In this document: piece after piece, positions 39,842-53,700 of the stretch
How positions within the stretch are numbered: position 1 is the first letter of the stretch
Layout: each line of letters starts with the position of its first letter
NCBI GenBank assembly: GCA_964016885.1
Contig: OZ024742.1
Location: forward strand, 330,088,001-330,152,000
Direction of reading: 5' to 3'
Source of the DNA: Eledone cirrhosa
Taxonomy: Eukaryota
DNA length: 64,000 nt
Program-made: the position numbers and the translations under genes
Notes under the pieces: model-generated
What the model was told of the DNA's origin: nothing
The model's input: only the letters and a program-made list of their open reading frames with translations
The model's database searches: none

Positions 39842-39843
<2 letters not shown>
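39132..39843 (-). mobile_element. Non-coding partial tandem element (497-bp period) between (TA)n tracts, pLTR-like
   Basis: 39155-39338 repeated at 39652-39844; each repeat has CTGATGAAGGAC on the minus strand; TATATATAA at ~39361. Confidence 0.6.
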
Positions 39844-39881
<38 letters not shown>

Positions 39882-39884
<3 letters not shown>

Positions 39885-40232
39885 TATCGTGGCTGCCAAC
39901 TCGTTGCGAGTACGGTCACTACCAGTCCCACTCTCTTAAGCAAGATGACATTTACCAAAAAGAAGAACAAGTCAACATCATTGGATACCATCAGGGTTGC
40001 AGGTGTGATATCAGAGTTTTCCTTCTCCTAGAATTCTGCCTTGACAAAGGCTAAGGGGTGATCTCTCCCGGTGATTTTGGATGGCCATTGACTCTTAAGA
40101 GGTCCTTTGCCTTTTGACAGGTTTTGTTTTTAGTCCTGCAGGATGTCCAAAGTCACCCTCCTCACCAAGAAACATTTGTGAGGTTGCCAGTTTAGTCGCC
40201 AACGACCCGGCCATGGGACAGGTTGTATCTGG
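39882..40232 (-). mobile_element. Probable RTE 5'UTR-derived sequence
   Basis: ttttccttctcctag...aaggctaa and gtttagtcgcc motifs resemble, from recall only, the reverse complement of RTE 5' UTRs; bounded by TA tracts. Confidence 0.45.
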
Positions 40233-40289
40233 ATATATGAATATATATATATACGTACATATAAATATATATGTATATATTCATATTCA

Positions 40290-40399
<110 letters not shown>

Positions 40400-41295
40400 T
40401 GATATGAGAGATAACGACGGAGCTAGAGACAGAGACAGAGGGGGTAATGATTCTAACACTGTTAATCATGTGGATACAATTAGGATAGAAAACATTTTAA
40501 TTCCATTCTACCACTTTTACTTTTCACGAGACACGCCTAATATAGATTTCATTGAGGTTTAAAATGAATTCTAATTAGAGGTTAGCTATCTTTATTTACG
40601 TAGCTGTTTACTTAGTTCGGTCATAGTCTATTTACTGAGTGACTTCATATATAATATTTCTCCAGTTTTAGTCAATGAACGTTAATGGTCCAATTTGATT
40701 GCCACCTTCTGGGGCTTAGTATCTGACACATTGCCTATCTTCCATACAATTTTCTTCCGGGGTTAGGAGATTTATTCACATTCACTACCGTTTGCTGTTT
40801 ACTACATTCATTTATTAGATGTATTTAACCTGTTAATATGTAGCTATACCACTTCCGCTAGAGAGGAAAACTAAGCCGGAATAAACAACACAAACAATAT
40901 CGCCCTGCCGAAAGAGATTGATAGAGAAATGGACAAAGTAGACGCTAACAATTCCGCTATTCAATCACACCTGGACAGAGCTGCTTCGTGCAAGAATGCT
41001 TAGCACCGAATGTCTTATGATTCCAACGAAGGAATTACTACCTGTAATCCTAGTAATTTCTTTTGCAACTATTTATAGAGATGTTAACACCCATGGGTTC
41101 GTAACCAAGCCCGCAATAGACTAAAGTCAACCGTTTCACATCATGGATGTGGTTTCCCAGGTAGAAGGCCTATATCACTGAATGTCATATCACATGTTTT
41201 CTCTCCACGCAGCAAAGCTGCATGGCTTAACTTTCGAAATACTTGTTGCTGTATCATGCACACGCAGAAGAAAAGGAAGAAGTATTTATTTCTCT

Positions 41296-41355
<60 letters not shown>

Positions 41356-41404
41356 CAGCAACAGCATAATGATAATAATAATAACGATAACAATAATAAT
41401 AATA
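41296..41404. repeat. (TAG)n followed by degenerate (AAT)n; left edge of the retroelement stack
   Basis: Directly visible. Confidence 0.9.
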
Positions 41405-41807
41405 GTCCGTTCCAATGGACAAGAATGTATCTATAAAAACATTTGAGAAATTGAACAAGTATAAGGACCTGGAGATAGAAATTGGAAACATGTGTAAATT
41501 GAGAACTAAAACTATACCACTGGTTGTAGGCGCTCTAGGAATGATACCTAAGGCGTCTAATGATTACTTATTGCAAATCCCAGGAGACCCGCGTATAGGA
41601 GAAATACAAAAGTTAGTACTAATGGAAACTGCCCATATACTAAGGAAGATTCTGTCAATATAAGTACATCACAAGTCTAAACACCTAAAGATGCATGTGT
41701 GAGTATGTATGTTCTTTCTTGAACATGGCGGATCTTGTTGTCTCCTGAGGTCACTGGTTGTGACTTGGTGATAACTCGTATGAACATAAAGCAAGGTAAA
41801 TACAGCT

Positions 41808-41808
<1 letters not shown>
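41405..41808 (+). mobile_element. R4/Dong-like non-LTR element, 3' fragment (REL endonuclease C-terminus + 3' UTR)
   Basis: D.NVSIK..EKLNKYKDLEIEI...IPLVVGALG...IQKLVL..TAHILRK; ends in (TAA)n; 3' UTR ctgaggtcactggttgtgacttg resembles 50397-50420. Confidence 0.8.
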
Positions 41809-41850
<42 letters not shown>

Positions 41851-42091
41851 TGTCTTTATTAACCACAAGGGTTTACATAAAGTAGACATTAAGGACAGTG
41901 CAGGGCAATACAGGACGGTACAAATGGGCATTTCTGCGTGTAAAAAAACAGAGGATGTAATAATATAACAAAGAAAAATTCCCCAATAGGGGGGAGACTT
42001 CCTAGGGACATTTGTGGAGAAATCCCATTAAAAGACCACAGTGAAAATGACCACCGGGGCAAGTGCCCTCTCCCAGTTTTCCACCTTTAAT

Positions 42092-45000
42092 TTACAGACA
42101 CATACTCAGAGAAGGCCCAATCATTCGGGCCATACTTGCTTCTCTCACCCATCTTTCAACAAAATGCTGGGAAGAGAGCACTTCCCTCTCTTCCCTGATT
42201 TTCCTTTTCAAATGAAATTTGAAAAAGTTAATCAGGGCATCACCGAAGAGGTAAGTGCTCGTCTTCAGCCCTTTCAAACGTGTCCACCATACTATCTCTT
42301 TCGCCATGGCCACCAGACAGATAAAAACTTCCTGCTCTTCCCGGCTAAAGGAAGAGGGCGGGGCAATCCTCACGATGGACTCAGTTGATAGCCGGATCCG
42401 TCCTACACGTGACAGCAGGTGTTCGACATAAACCCACAAGTCAGCAATGCTCGGACACTGGACGAGTGCGTGCAGGACGGTTTCGTCGCCCTGTGTGCAC
42501 CTCGGACATGCCCGGCTGACGGCACCTCCATGCTTGTAGAGTTTATCCCGAACTGGCAAAGCTCCCCGGTAGCACTGCCAGGCCAGGGATTTCTGGAAGT
42601 TGTCCATAAGCCCCGGCCCGAAAGTCCTTCCGAAGAGATTGGCTAGTTGATTTTCGTCGACGCCTAGAGTTTCTCCAAGTACGTTGTCGCTCTTCCCCTC
42701 CACGAATCCCCTATAGAACGCCAAGGTGGAGTTTCCACCGATCACATTGCCCGATTGGTCGAGGGCTGTGAGCGCCTGACGACATTCCAGTCTCCATGCG
42801 CTCCCTCTCGGTCTTCGCTTGACCCAGGACTGCAGCTCCGTCAAGGAGACGAGCTGGGGGGAAAAACGTGTCTAGCAAACGGCGACCACACCTTATCACC
42901 GTCGAGGAAGAGTAGTAGATGTCGTAGCCTGAGCGCGTGTCTGCGCATCATCAGCCACGGCACGCCCAGCCCTCCACGTAGCGGGTGTTGACAGCAGATG
43001 GACCGCCTGACCATCGGAGCGCGTCCCTTCCACAAGAAGCGAAAGAGCAAACGCTCCAGCGCAGTCAGGCGGGGCTTAGGACAAGGTACGACGGTCAGGC
43101 GGTAGTAGATGACGGACGCGATGTACGCGTTAGCCACCTCCGCTCGACCTTTCAGGGATAGCTTCCTCTCGGCCCATTTCTGGGTGAGAGAAGCCACCCT
43201 GCTCGTCACCTCGTCCCAGTTTTTGTCCGTCTGGAGGTCTGGACCGAACCAGACCCCAAGCAATTTAACCGGTCCGTCCGTCCAGCGCGCGACGACGCTG
43301 TTGGACGGCATGGACCTGCCTCTCCAGGTGCCGAGCTGCAGGCCCACTGACTTTTCCTGGTTGATCATTGCTCCTGTCACCGCTTCGTATACTCTTAGTG
43401 TAGTGCTGATCGCCTCGATGTGTTTGGCGTTCGACACCACTACGGTGACATCGTCCGCATATTCTGACACGGATCTTCCGCGTCATAGTTCGCGCGGCAC
43501 CCCCTCAACGTCTCCAGTTTGTGCAGCAATGGCTCGAGAATCAATACGTACAATAGGGACGAGAGGGGACATACTTGGCGGACCGAGCGCATGATGTTGA
43601 ACGATTCCGAAAGGTGACCGTTCACTCTCACTACAGATCAGATGTCGCTGTGCATGGCAGCGATCCAGCCTCTGAAGACGGGCCCAAAGCCAGCCGCCCT
43701 CAGGACTGCCGCTAGGTAACGATGGTCGACCCTATCGAAGGCTTTCGACTGATCTAAATTGATCAAAGACCCACACGTGCCAGGTTCCCTAGCTACCCTC
43801 TCTACGATGTATCGCATGAGGTGGATATTGTCGTGGATGGATCTGTCGGGAATGGCGCGTGTCTGTGCCTCTCCCACCAGACCACCAACGACATGCGCCA
43901 ACCTCTTTGCTAGCACCTTGGCCAAAATCTTGATCTCTGTGTTTAGCAGAGTTATGGGCCTAAAATTATCTATGTTATCCCACTTGTTCGAATCCTTTCT
44001 CAGCAGCTCCACCGCCCCTCGGCTCACAGAGCTGGGAACTCTCCCGTGTTGTTGCCAGTTGCAGTATACGTCCGCCAAGAGGCCTCCGAACAAGTCTGGC
44101 ATTTGTACGTAAAGTTCATAGGGCAGACCATCCAAACCAGGCGATTTACCCCTTGTGCAGCCAGTCATTACCTCCCGCACTTCAGCGTTTGTTATCGGCT
44201 TTTCGCAACACTCCGCCTCAGTGGCCGAAAGCCGCGGCAGTCCGTCGAGGTAGACACTAAAGTCCATCCCTCCATCCGGCGCGCCAACGCCCCCGAACAG
44301 TTGAGCGAAGTGTCGCTGAAAAGCTTCACACATTTGCCCGGGATCGAGTAGCATGCGCCCGTCGTGGTCCACCAAAGACCGGATCGTGGCTTTGTTGCCA
44401 CGACGCGCCTCCGCCACTCGGGCCCATTGAACGGCTTTCGTCCCCGCGTGTCTGAGAGCACGCACCCTAGCTCTGACAACGCAGCCTTCGTGCTTTACAT
44501 TGAAGGATTGGTCAAGGGCCAATTTCGCCGCAAGTACGTCGGTCGCGATGCCTTTGCTAAGCGCCTCTTCTAATTTTTTAACTAATTCTCCCTCTGCTCT
44601 ATTTTTCTCTATTGCTAAAGCCTTACTAAACCTAATGGACTCTATTCTAATTGCTCTTTTCAGAGCAAACCACCACTTGTTTGTTGACGATGGCCCCCGT
44701 CAACGCCCGCTTAACTAGTTCGCTAATCCGGTCTCTGTAGGCCTTGCGCGCTGGTAAGGACGCGTTTAGCTTCCAGTAGCCGGGTCCTCGTCTATTAAGC
44801 CTATCTAAGTCAAGCACACAGATCACGAATTTGTGGTCCGTGTAGCTGACTATCTTGAATTGTGGACAGCCTATGCTAGACCTATCTATTTCCCTACAAA
44901 ATACTCTATCTAGATATGATCTGGATGACCCTATGCGATTTGTCCAAGTCCACATTGGTACGTTCGGGAAATCCATTCGGTACCTGTCAAACAGTTCAAA

Positions 45001-45514
45001 ACGCCTGAGCACGTTGTGGAGACTCTTGAACCCTCCTTCCCTATCCACTAATCCCACACAATCCCAGCGTGCATCTAAGATCCCGTTCCAGTCGCCCACT
45101 AACACTAAAGAGCGGGACATTTCCAAGAAAGGTCTCCAGACGCCGGAAGAAATCAGGCCGCCCTGCTCCTGTCGGGGCATAGACGGCCACTAGCCTGAAA
45201 GCTTGCCCGTCTCCACTGGTCACGTCTAGCACCACCAACTTACCTTCTGGGTCCAGGAAGATGGCCCGTATGGCGAGATCCAAACCTTTCCGCAAAAGCA
45301 CAGCGACTGCTTCCCCCGATCCCGGACGGCTGGGAAATGGGTACAAATCTTAGCCGCCGAAGATCGGTGCGAAGGCCCTTGTTTCGGAGATTCTGGTCAC
45401 GCTGATTTCCACTACATCTATGTTTAGTGACCTGAGGTCGTTGAGCAGGTGACCTTGCTTCCATGACGACCCCAAGACACGCGCATTTATGCTGCCTATT
45501 CTGAGTGAGGTCAT
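42092..45514 (-). pseudogene. Copy A ORF2 (APE endonuclease-RT-zinc finger), multiple frameshifts
   Basis: Pieces 44647-45180, 43638-44522, 42841-43470 and 42092-42844 align to copy B/C ORF2 (GDWN, YTDH, KSPGLDG, YADD, CPRC..H..C). Confidence 0.92.
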
Positions 45515-45552
45515 GTTGAAATGGGGTGTAAAAGATGGGAAAGACCACTTAC
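45501..45552 (-). other. Candidate 52-nt intron spanning the ORF1 stop and ORF2 start (copy A)
   Basis: AG|GTAAGT donor overlaps the TAA stop; pyrimidine-rich interior; CTCAG| acceptor in ORF2 codon 5; splicing would give GTA-AGA-ATA in frame. Confidence 0.35.
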
Positions 45553-47502
45553 CTTACTTCTCGTAGAGGAAGAATGGTTTGTCCATCCTTTTCACTGCTT
45601 GTGGCCTCCTCTGGAAGGATGTCTTTATAAATCCTCCTGGAGAGTGTTTGTCGGAAGTCTCCGATGTCTTTGGAGAATTTTTGTTTTAGTGTCGTGTACG
45701 TTTTCTGTGTGATGCGAGTGATTTGTATGTGTGGAGGTGGTGTGAACTTTTGGGTTGTTGTGTAGTCTTTTTCTGTGATGCTGGTGTTGTGTTGCATGTA
45801 GTGTAATAATTGATTGTTGTTCAAATTTAATGCTGTATGGTGTGTATCGTTTTGGTTGTTTTGTATTGTTTGCGTTTGTTGTGGGTTTGTTTCTGTTATG
45901 CTTTTTGGTGTTGTTTGTGGTGTTGGTGATGGTTGTGTTGGAGTTAATGTTGGTGATTGTGTTGGTGTTTGTGGTGATGGGGTTCGTGATGCTGGTGTGG
46001 ATGGTGGCATATCTGTCTTAACTTTCTTGTTCGATAATTTATTTGTTTCCCTCTGTATTTTGTTTTTTGAGGGGGAAGGAAGAGATTTTTTTTCTTTTTT
46101 GGTTTCTTTTTTCCTGATACCGTTTCCCATTCCTCGTCGTCATAATCTGTCTCCAGTTGCTATAAGCCGGGGAGTGGAAAATCCTCCACAGGCGTTGGTT
46201 TTTGTTGTGGCGTGGTGGATGGTGTAGGCGCTGGTGCTAGTTCTGTGGCGTTGGGTGGTGGTGGTGTTGGTTTTGCTACTGTTGCTGGGGTTGTAGCTGT
46301 TACAGTTGCTACTGTTGTTGCTGCCACAGTTGTTGCGGCTTTTTCTGCTGCTGGTGGTGTTGATGGTTGAGTCATTCGGGTGGGTAAGAGAGGTGTCCTC
46401 AACCTTTTAGTCTGAGGGCAGAAAGCCCTTAGGTGGGTTCCTTCACCACAAACGACACACCTAGGTCTTCTGCCCTCGACGATTACGGTGAGGTGGTTGC
46501 CGTCAGTGAGGTCTATTACTCCTGGGATCTCCTCAATGCTTTTATGGTCCGCTTGGATCAGGAGCTCCATCCCAGATCCGGACCAGTTCTCCTGCTTTTC
46601 TTTTGCTATTTCTATTATTTTGTTGTTGGCCTCGATGCCGGTGAGGACGGCAGTCATTAGCCAGGGAATTTCGATGGCCGGTGGAACGTGGGTCACTCTG
46701 ATCTTCACAAGTCTCTGGCCACAATAGCTTGGGATGAGTGTGAAGTCGTCACTTCTTAATGGGGCCATGTAGTGTTCTCTGGCCTCCTGTGGTGTTTCAA
46801 AGAACACGTCCACGGTTCCATACTTCTACCCACGTCTGATGTGGGTTTTTTTTGCCCACACATGTCCCAAAGCTTTTGGGATTTGGGACTCAGATGCCCG
46901 TTCTACTCGGCGCGATTTTATGTTTATTGTCCGATGAGACACGGTGCATAGGCGACGTTGCTCCATTTTTTTAGGGTAGGGGGTGGGGTGAGACTGACCC
47001 TGTACCCATCTTTCTTTACCATTCCTTTGGCTTCGTCTAATTCTTCCTGAGATACCTGTATCGCTTCGCACGTTTTTGCTACTCTGGCAAAACTCAGGGT
47101 AGTTTTCTTAATTTCATTGTTGCTGTTGTTATTATCGTTATTTTTGCTATTGTTAATTTTAGTTTCAGTTGTGGTGGTGGTGGCGTCAGTGGTGTTCGGT
47201 CTGGAAGAGTTCATTTTGGTTGAATTCATTTCGATATCATGAGTTAATTTATTTTTTTCTTTTGTTTCTGTTGTCGCTCTGGTGGTGGTGGGGGTGGGGG
47301 TTGTCGCGGTGGTGGTGGTGGTGGTCGCGGCTTTAACACCTGCAGTCATTGGTAATGGCGGGAAATGAACGTCTGCCTGAGACAAATTAAAAATATTGCT
47401 ACTGCTTACAATTCCAGTGTTGGCAAACATAGCAATGTTTACAATGGTGATGTCGGTGTGAGGTGTTGGATTGTGAGGAAGGAGTGAATCTGTGTCATCC
47501 AT
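45549..47502 (-). pseudogene. Copy A ORF1 (gag-like), frameshifted
   Basis: LSFARVAK..EEL.EAK.MV.K.G, DVFFETPQEA, PSYCGQ, CVVCGEGTHLRAFC knuckle, T/P-rich linker, KF..DIGDFR. Confidence 0.85.
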
Positions 47503-47770
47503 TATTTTTCAAAGAAAACAATTTTTGCTTGATAATTATAAAAATTTTACATTTTGGGCTCAAGGCCCCAATATTTTTGACTGTCCTTTTCAGAAATCAA
47601 TGTATGTGCACTTATATATAGTTAACAATAAAAATTTTCCATAAATGGCAATTTTAAATAACTGAAAATAACAAACCTTTGCGGAGCTCACGATGATACG
47701 ATTTACTACGTAGGTCGCCAATAATAATAATAATAATAATAATATTAATAATAATAATAATAATAATAAT

Positions 47771-48154
47771 GCTTTCTTTATTAACCACAAGGATTTACAT
47801 AAAGTAGACATCAAGGACAGTACAGGACAATACAGGACGGTACAAATGGGCATTTCTGCGTGTAAAAAAACAGCGGATGTAATAAAAAATAACAATGACA
47901 ACATTCCCCAATAGGGGGAGACTTCCGAGGGACATTTGTGGAGAAAGCCCATTAAAAGACCACAGTGACCACGACCACTAGGGCAAGTGCCCTCTCCAAG
48001 TTTTTGACCTTTAATTTACAGACACATACTTAGAATCATACTTGCTTCTCTCACCCATCTTTCAACAAAATGCCGGGAAGAGAGCACTTCCCTCTCTACC
48101 CTGATTTTCCTTTTCAAATGAAATATGAAAAAGTTAATCAGGGCATCACCGAAG
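47771..48154 (-). mobile_element. Tx1 copy D, 5'-truncated 3' end
   Basis: Matches 41849-42250 (3' UTR and last ORF2 codons); (AAT)n on both sides. Confidence 0.92.
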
Positions 48155-48176
48155 ATAATAATAATAATAATAATAA

Positions 48177-50473
48177 AATGACCAGGCAGTGTGGATTGAG
48201 ACAGTACAAAAGAAGATTAGTGAACAGGCACACCAAACTGATTTGAGTATCACAGTTGAAACTCTTAAGGGGCAGCCCCAAAAAACTACCCAACTGGAAA
48301 TCCCCAGACCCAGATGGTGTTCAGGGGTATTGGATTAAAAATATAACATCCCTCCACCCGAAACTGACAACCATGTTCAATGACTGCTTAATGTCATGTG
48401 AGGTACCTGACTTGTTGACAAAAGATACCACTGTTCTGGTAATGAAAGACCGAATCAAGAGTAATGATGTTACCAACTATAGACCTATCACATGTCTGTC
48501 CGAAATGTGGAAACTGTTGAATCGCATTATGTCTGAGAAATTCTACCATCACCTCCACACAAACAACTTGTTATCGGACGAACAGAAAGGATGCACAAAG
48601 AAGTCCCGTGGTACAAAGGACCAGTTACTTATTGATAAGATGGTAATGAGGAATTGGAAGAGGAGACACACTGGTCTTGCCATGGAATGGATAGACTACA
48701 AAAAGGCATGTGACATGGTGCCTCATTCTTCAATGTGGCAGATAACATCAGACAGTTGTTGGGCAATGTATGAACTCCTGGAAAACAGAGCTAACATCAG
48801 CTGGTGAATCCTTGTGAGGCGTGAAGATCAAGAGAGGTATCTTCCAGGGAGATAGTATGTCCCCTCTTTTGTTTGTCCTTGCCCTGATGCCCCTGACCAT
48901 TATACTACGAAAAGTGAGAGCAGGATACAAGTTGGGAAAGTGAGACCTTACCATCAATCATCTCATCTTCATGGACGATCTTAAGCTCTTCGGGAAGAGT
49001 GAGAAGGAGTTGGATGTGCTTGTTGACACTGTCCGTATTTTCAGTAATGATATAGGTATGCAATTTGGTATTAGTAAGTGTGGAGTCCTTGTGATGCAGA
49101 GGGGTAAATTAGGCAGAAGCAACGGAATCCAGGTACCAACATGTGAGATGATAAAGGAAATTGACACTGAAGAAGGATACAATTATTTGGGTGTTCTGGA
49201 GGCGGATGACATCAAGAATTAAAAAAATGAAGGAATTCATAAGATCTGAATACATTCGGAGAATAAGGAGCGTATTAAAGTCACATCGGAACAGTAGGAA
49301 TGCCATAAGTGCAGTAAATTCCCGAGCTGTGTATGTTATTAGGTACAGTGCGGGAATTCTAAGATGGAATGTTGCTGAACAAAAATGTATGTATAGGAAG
49401 ACTAGGAAGCTATTGACTAGCTACAACATGTTCCACAAGAGGAGTGATGTCGATAGACTTTACTTAAGGAGGACTGAATGTGGAAGAGGTATTATCAGCA
49501 AGAGGACTGATGGAGAAAAACAACCTACACAAATACGTGACTGATAGTAAGGAGCCAATGCTCAGAACTGTACTGAAGGAGGGGACAATAGGCCAGGGGA
49601 TGTCCAAGGAGGAAATAACATCAAGGAGAAAGAGCAGCCTTCAGGAAAAATCCTTTCATAGTACCTTCTTTGAGAAAACTGAATTTAGAGATCCACAGAC
49701 ATGGAACTGGTTGAAAAGAGGAGACCTTAAAAAGGCTACAGAAGGAATGTTAATGGCTGCGCCAGAGCATTCCCTCAAAACGAAGTGGTTGAAACACAAT
49801 ATTTACAAGAAGGAGGCTAGCCCACTGTGCAGGATCTGTGGGTAGAGAGAGGAGAATGTGGCTCACATTGTATCCGAGTGTAAACACCTAGCCCAGACCC
49901 ACTATAAGGGCTGGAGACATGATGTGATGGGCAGGGTGATCCACTGGCACCTATGCAAAGTAAACAATTTACCACATTCTGAGAAATGGTATGAGCATAA
50001 GCCAGAGTCGGTGATAGAAAACAATCAGGTGAAGGTGCTGTGGGATTTTAGGATACAGACGGACAAGAAACTGGACGACAATAGACCTGACCTGGTCGTT
50101 TTGGACAAGGGAAACAGATCGCGCCCGATTGTGGATGTGGCCTGCCCATTCGACACGAGAGTGCAAGAGAAGGAGAGGGAGAAAATTAACCGATACCAGG
50201 CCTTAAAGTGGGAGGTAAAAAGGATTTGGAACTGCCATGAAGTCAAAGTGGTCCCACTTGTCATAGGCGCACTAGGTACTATCTCAAAAAGTTTCCAGGT
50301 ATGGTTAAAGAAAATTGGCCCCGCCACGCTTTTTGGAACGCTTCAAAAGGCATGCTTGCTGGGAACAGCAAGAACCCTCCGATTCGTCCTGAATATCTGA
50401 GGCTACAGGTAGTGGCTTGATATTCTTTTCAACAAACTTTCCTGTTAACTAACATCAATGACTGAGATTCAAG

Positions 50474-50474
<1 letters not shown>
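48177..50474 (+). mobile_element. R4/Dong-like non-LTR element (RT + CCHC + restriction-like endonuclease), 5'-truncated and degraded
   Basis: NWKSP.PDG, NYRPITCL, IDYKKA.DMVPH, RGIFQGDS.SPLLF, HLIFMDDLKL, YLG, CRICG..HIVSEC, RHD, RPDLVVLDK..IVDVACP.D..KE.EK..Y..L; (TAA)n on both sides. Confidence 0.9.
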
Positions 50475-50533
<59 letters not shown>

Positions 50534-50792
50534 TTTCTTTATTAACCACAAGGGTTTACATAAAGTAGACATTAAGGACAGTGCAGGACAATGCAGGACG
50601 GTACAAATGGGCATTTCTGCGTGTAAAAAACAAAAACAGAGGATGTAACAAAAATAACAATGAAAATAACAATGAAAAATTCCCCAATAGGGGGGAGACT
50701 TCGGAGGGACATTTGTGGAGAAAGCCCAGTAAAAAGCCACAATGACCCTGACCACCAAGGCAAGTGCCCTCTCCCAGTTTTCCACCTTTAGA

Positions 50793-53700
50793 TTACAGAT
50801 ATATACTCAGAGTCGGCCCATTCACTCGGGCCATTCTTGCTTCTCTCACCCATCTTTCAACAAAATGCTGGGAAGAGAGCACTTCCCTCTCTACTCTGAT
50901 TTTCCTTTTCAAATGAAATTTGAAAAAGTCAATCAGAGCATCACCGAAGAGGTAACTGCTCGTCTTCAGCCCTTTCAAACGTGTCCACCATACTATCTCT
51001 CTCGCCATGGCCACCAGACAGATAAAAACTGCCTGCCCTTCCCGGCTAAAGGAGGAGGGCGGGGCAATCCTCACGATAGACTCAGATGATAGCTGGATCC
51101 GTCCTAAACGCGACAGCAGGTGTTCGACATAAACCCACAAGTCAGCAATTTTCGGACACTGGACGAGTGCGTGCAGGACGGTTTCGTCGCCCTGCGCGCA
51201 TCTCGGACATGCCCGGCTGACGGCACCTCCATGCCTGTAGAGTTTATCCCGAACTGGCAAGGCTCCTCGGTAGCACTGCCAGGCCAGAGATTTCTGGAAG
51301 TTGTCCATAGGCCCTGGCCCGAAAGTTCTTCCGAAGAGATTGGCTAGTTGATTTTCGTCGACGCCTAGAGTTTCCCCAAGTACGTCGTCGCTCTTCCCCT
51401 CCACTAATTCTCTATAGAACGCCGAGGTGGAGTTTCCACCGATCACATTGCCCGATTGGTCGAGGGCTGTGAGCGCCTGAAGACATTCCAGTCTCCAGGC
51501 GCTCCCTCTCGGTCTTCGCTTGACCCAGGACTGCAGCTCCGTCAAGGAAACGAGCTGGGGAAAAACGCGTCTAGCAAACGGCGACCACACCTGATCACCG
51601 TCGAGGAAGAGGTGGAGATGTCGTAGCCTGAGCGCGTGCCTGCGCATCATCAGCCACGGCATGCCCAGCCCTCCACGTAGCGGGTGTTGACAACAGATGG
51701 ACCGCCTGACCATCGGAGCACGTCCCTTCCACAAAAAGCGAAAGAGCAAACGCTCCAGCGCAGTCAGGCGAGGCTTAGGACAAGGTACGACGGTTAGGCG
51801 GTAGCAGATGACAGACGCGATGTACGCGTTAGCCACCTCCGCTCGACCTTTCAGGGATAGCTTCCTCTCCGCCCATTTCTGGGTGAGAGAAGCCACCCTG
51901 CTCGTCACCTCGTCCCAGTTTTTGTCCGTCTGGAGGTCCGGACCGAACCAGACCCCTAGCAATTTAACCGGTCCGTCCGTCCAGCGCCCGACGACGCTGT
52001 TGGACGGCATGGACCTGCCTCTCCAGGTGCCGAGCTGCAGGCCCACTGACTTTTCCTGGTTGATCATTGCTCCTGTCACCGCTTCGTATTCTCTTAGTGT
52101 AGTGCCGATCGCCTCGATGTGTTTGGCGTTCGACACCACTACGGTGACATCGTCCGCATATGCTGACACGGATCTTCCGCATCCTAGTTCGCGCGGGACT
52201 CCCCTCAACGTCTCCAGTTTGTGCAGTAATGGCTCGAGAGTCAATACGTACAAGAGGGACGAGAGGGGACATCCTTGGCGGACCGAGCGCATGATGTTGA
52301 ACGGTTCCGACAGGTGACCGTTCACTCTCACTACAGAGCAGATGTCGCTGTGCATGGCAGCGATCCAGCCTCTGAAGACGGGCCCAAAGCCAGCCGCCCT
52401 CAGGACTGCCGCTAGGTAACGATGGTCGACCCTATCGAAAGCTTTCGACTGATCTAAATTGATCAAGGACCCACCCGTGCCAGGTTCCCTAGCTACCCTC
52501 TCTACGATGTATCGCATGAGGTGGAGGTTGTCGTGGATGGATCTGTCGGGAATGGCGCATGTCTGCGCCTCTCCCACCAGACCACCAACGACAAGCGCCA
52601 ACCTCTTTGCTAGCACCTTGGCCAAAATCTTAAACTCTGTGTTTAGCAGAGTTATGGGCCGGAAATTGTCTATGTTATCCCCCTTGTTCGGATCCTTTCT
52701 CAGCAGTGCCACCGCTCCTCGGCTCACAGAACTGGGAATTCTCCCGTTCTGTTGCCAGTTGCAGTAGACGTCCGCCAAGAGGCCTCCGAACAAGTCTGGC
52801 ATCTGTACGTAAAGTTCATAGGGCAGACCATCCAAACCAGGCGATTTACCCCTTGTGCAGCCAGTCATTGCCTCCCGTACTTCAGCGGCTGTTATCGGCT
52901 TTTCGCAACACTTCGCCTCAGTGGCCGAGAGCCGCGGCAGTCCGTCGAGGTAGACACTAAAGTCCATCCCTCTACCCGGCCCCCCGCTGCCCCCGAACAG
53001 CTGAGCGAAGTGTCGCTGAAAAGCTTCACACATTTTCCCGGGATCGAGTAGCATGCGCCCGTCGTGGTCCACCAAAGACCGGATCGTGGCTCTGTTGCCA
53101 CGACGCGCCTCCGCCACTCGGGCCCATTGAACGGCTTTCGTCCCCTCGTGTCTGAGAGCACGCACCCTAGCTCTGACAACGCAGCCTTCGTGCTTTGCAT
53201 TGAAGAATTGGTCAAGGGCCAATTTCGCCGCAAGCACGTCGGTCGCAATGCCTTTGCTAAGCGCCTCGTCTAATTTTCTAACTAGTTCTCCCTCTGCTCT
53301 ATTTTTCTCTATTGCTAAAGCCTTACTAAAGCTAATCGATTCTATTCTAATCGCTCTTTTCAGAGCAAACCACCACTTGTTGTTGACGATGGCCCCCGTC
53401 AACGCCCGCTTAACTAGTTCGCTAATCCGTCTCTGTAGGCCTTGCGCGCTGGTAAGGACGCGTTTAGCTTCCAGTAGCCGGGTCCTCGTCTATGAAGCCT
53501 ATCTAAGTCAAGCACACAGGTCACGAATTTGTGGTCCGTGTAGCTGACTATCTTGAATTGTGGACAGCCTATGCTAGACCTATCTATTTCCCTACAAAAT
53601 ACTCTATCTAGATATGATCTGGATGACCCTATGCGGTTTGTCCAAGTCCACATTGGCACATTCGGGAAATCCAATCGGTACCTGTCAGACAGTTCAAAAC

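Larger units (their letters stand above)
41849..47719 (-). mobile_element. Tx1/L1-clade retrotransposon copy A (full length, degraded, variant ORF1/5'UTR)
   Basis: ORF1 with CCHC knuckle, ORF2 APE-RT-zf; AATAAA just before the 3' junction; (AAT)n on both sides. Confidence 0.92.

Noticed and set aside
53400-53460. Programmed ribosomal frameshift between EN and RT
   Set aside because: Lesions differ in position and size among copies, there is no slippery heptamer, and the three-copy consensus is one open frame
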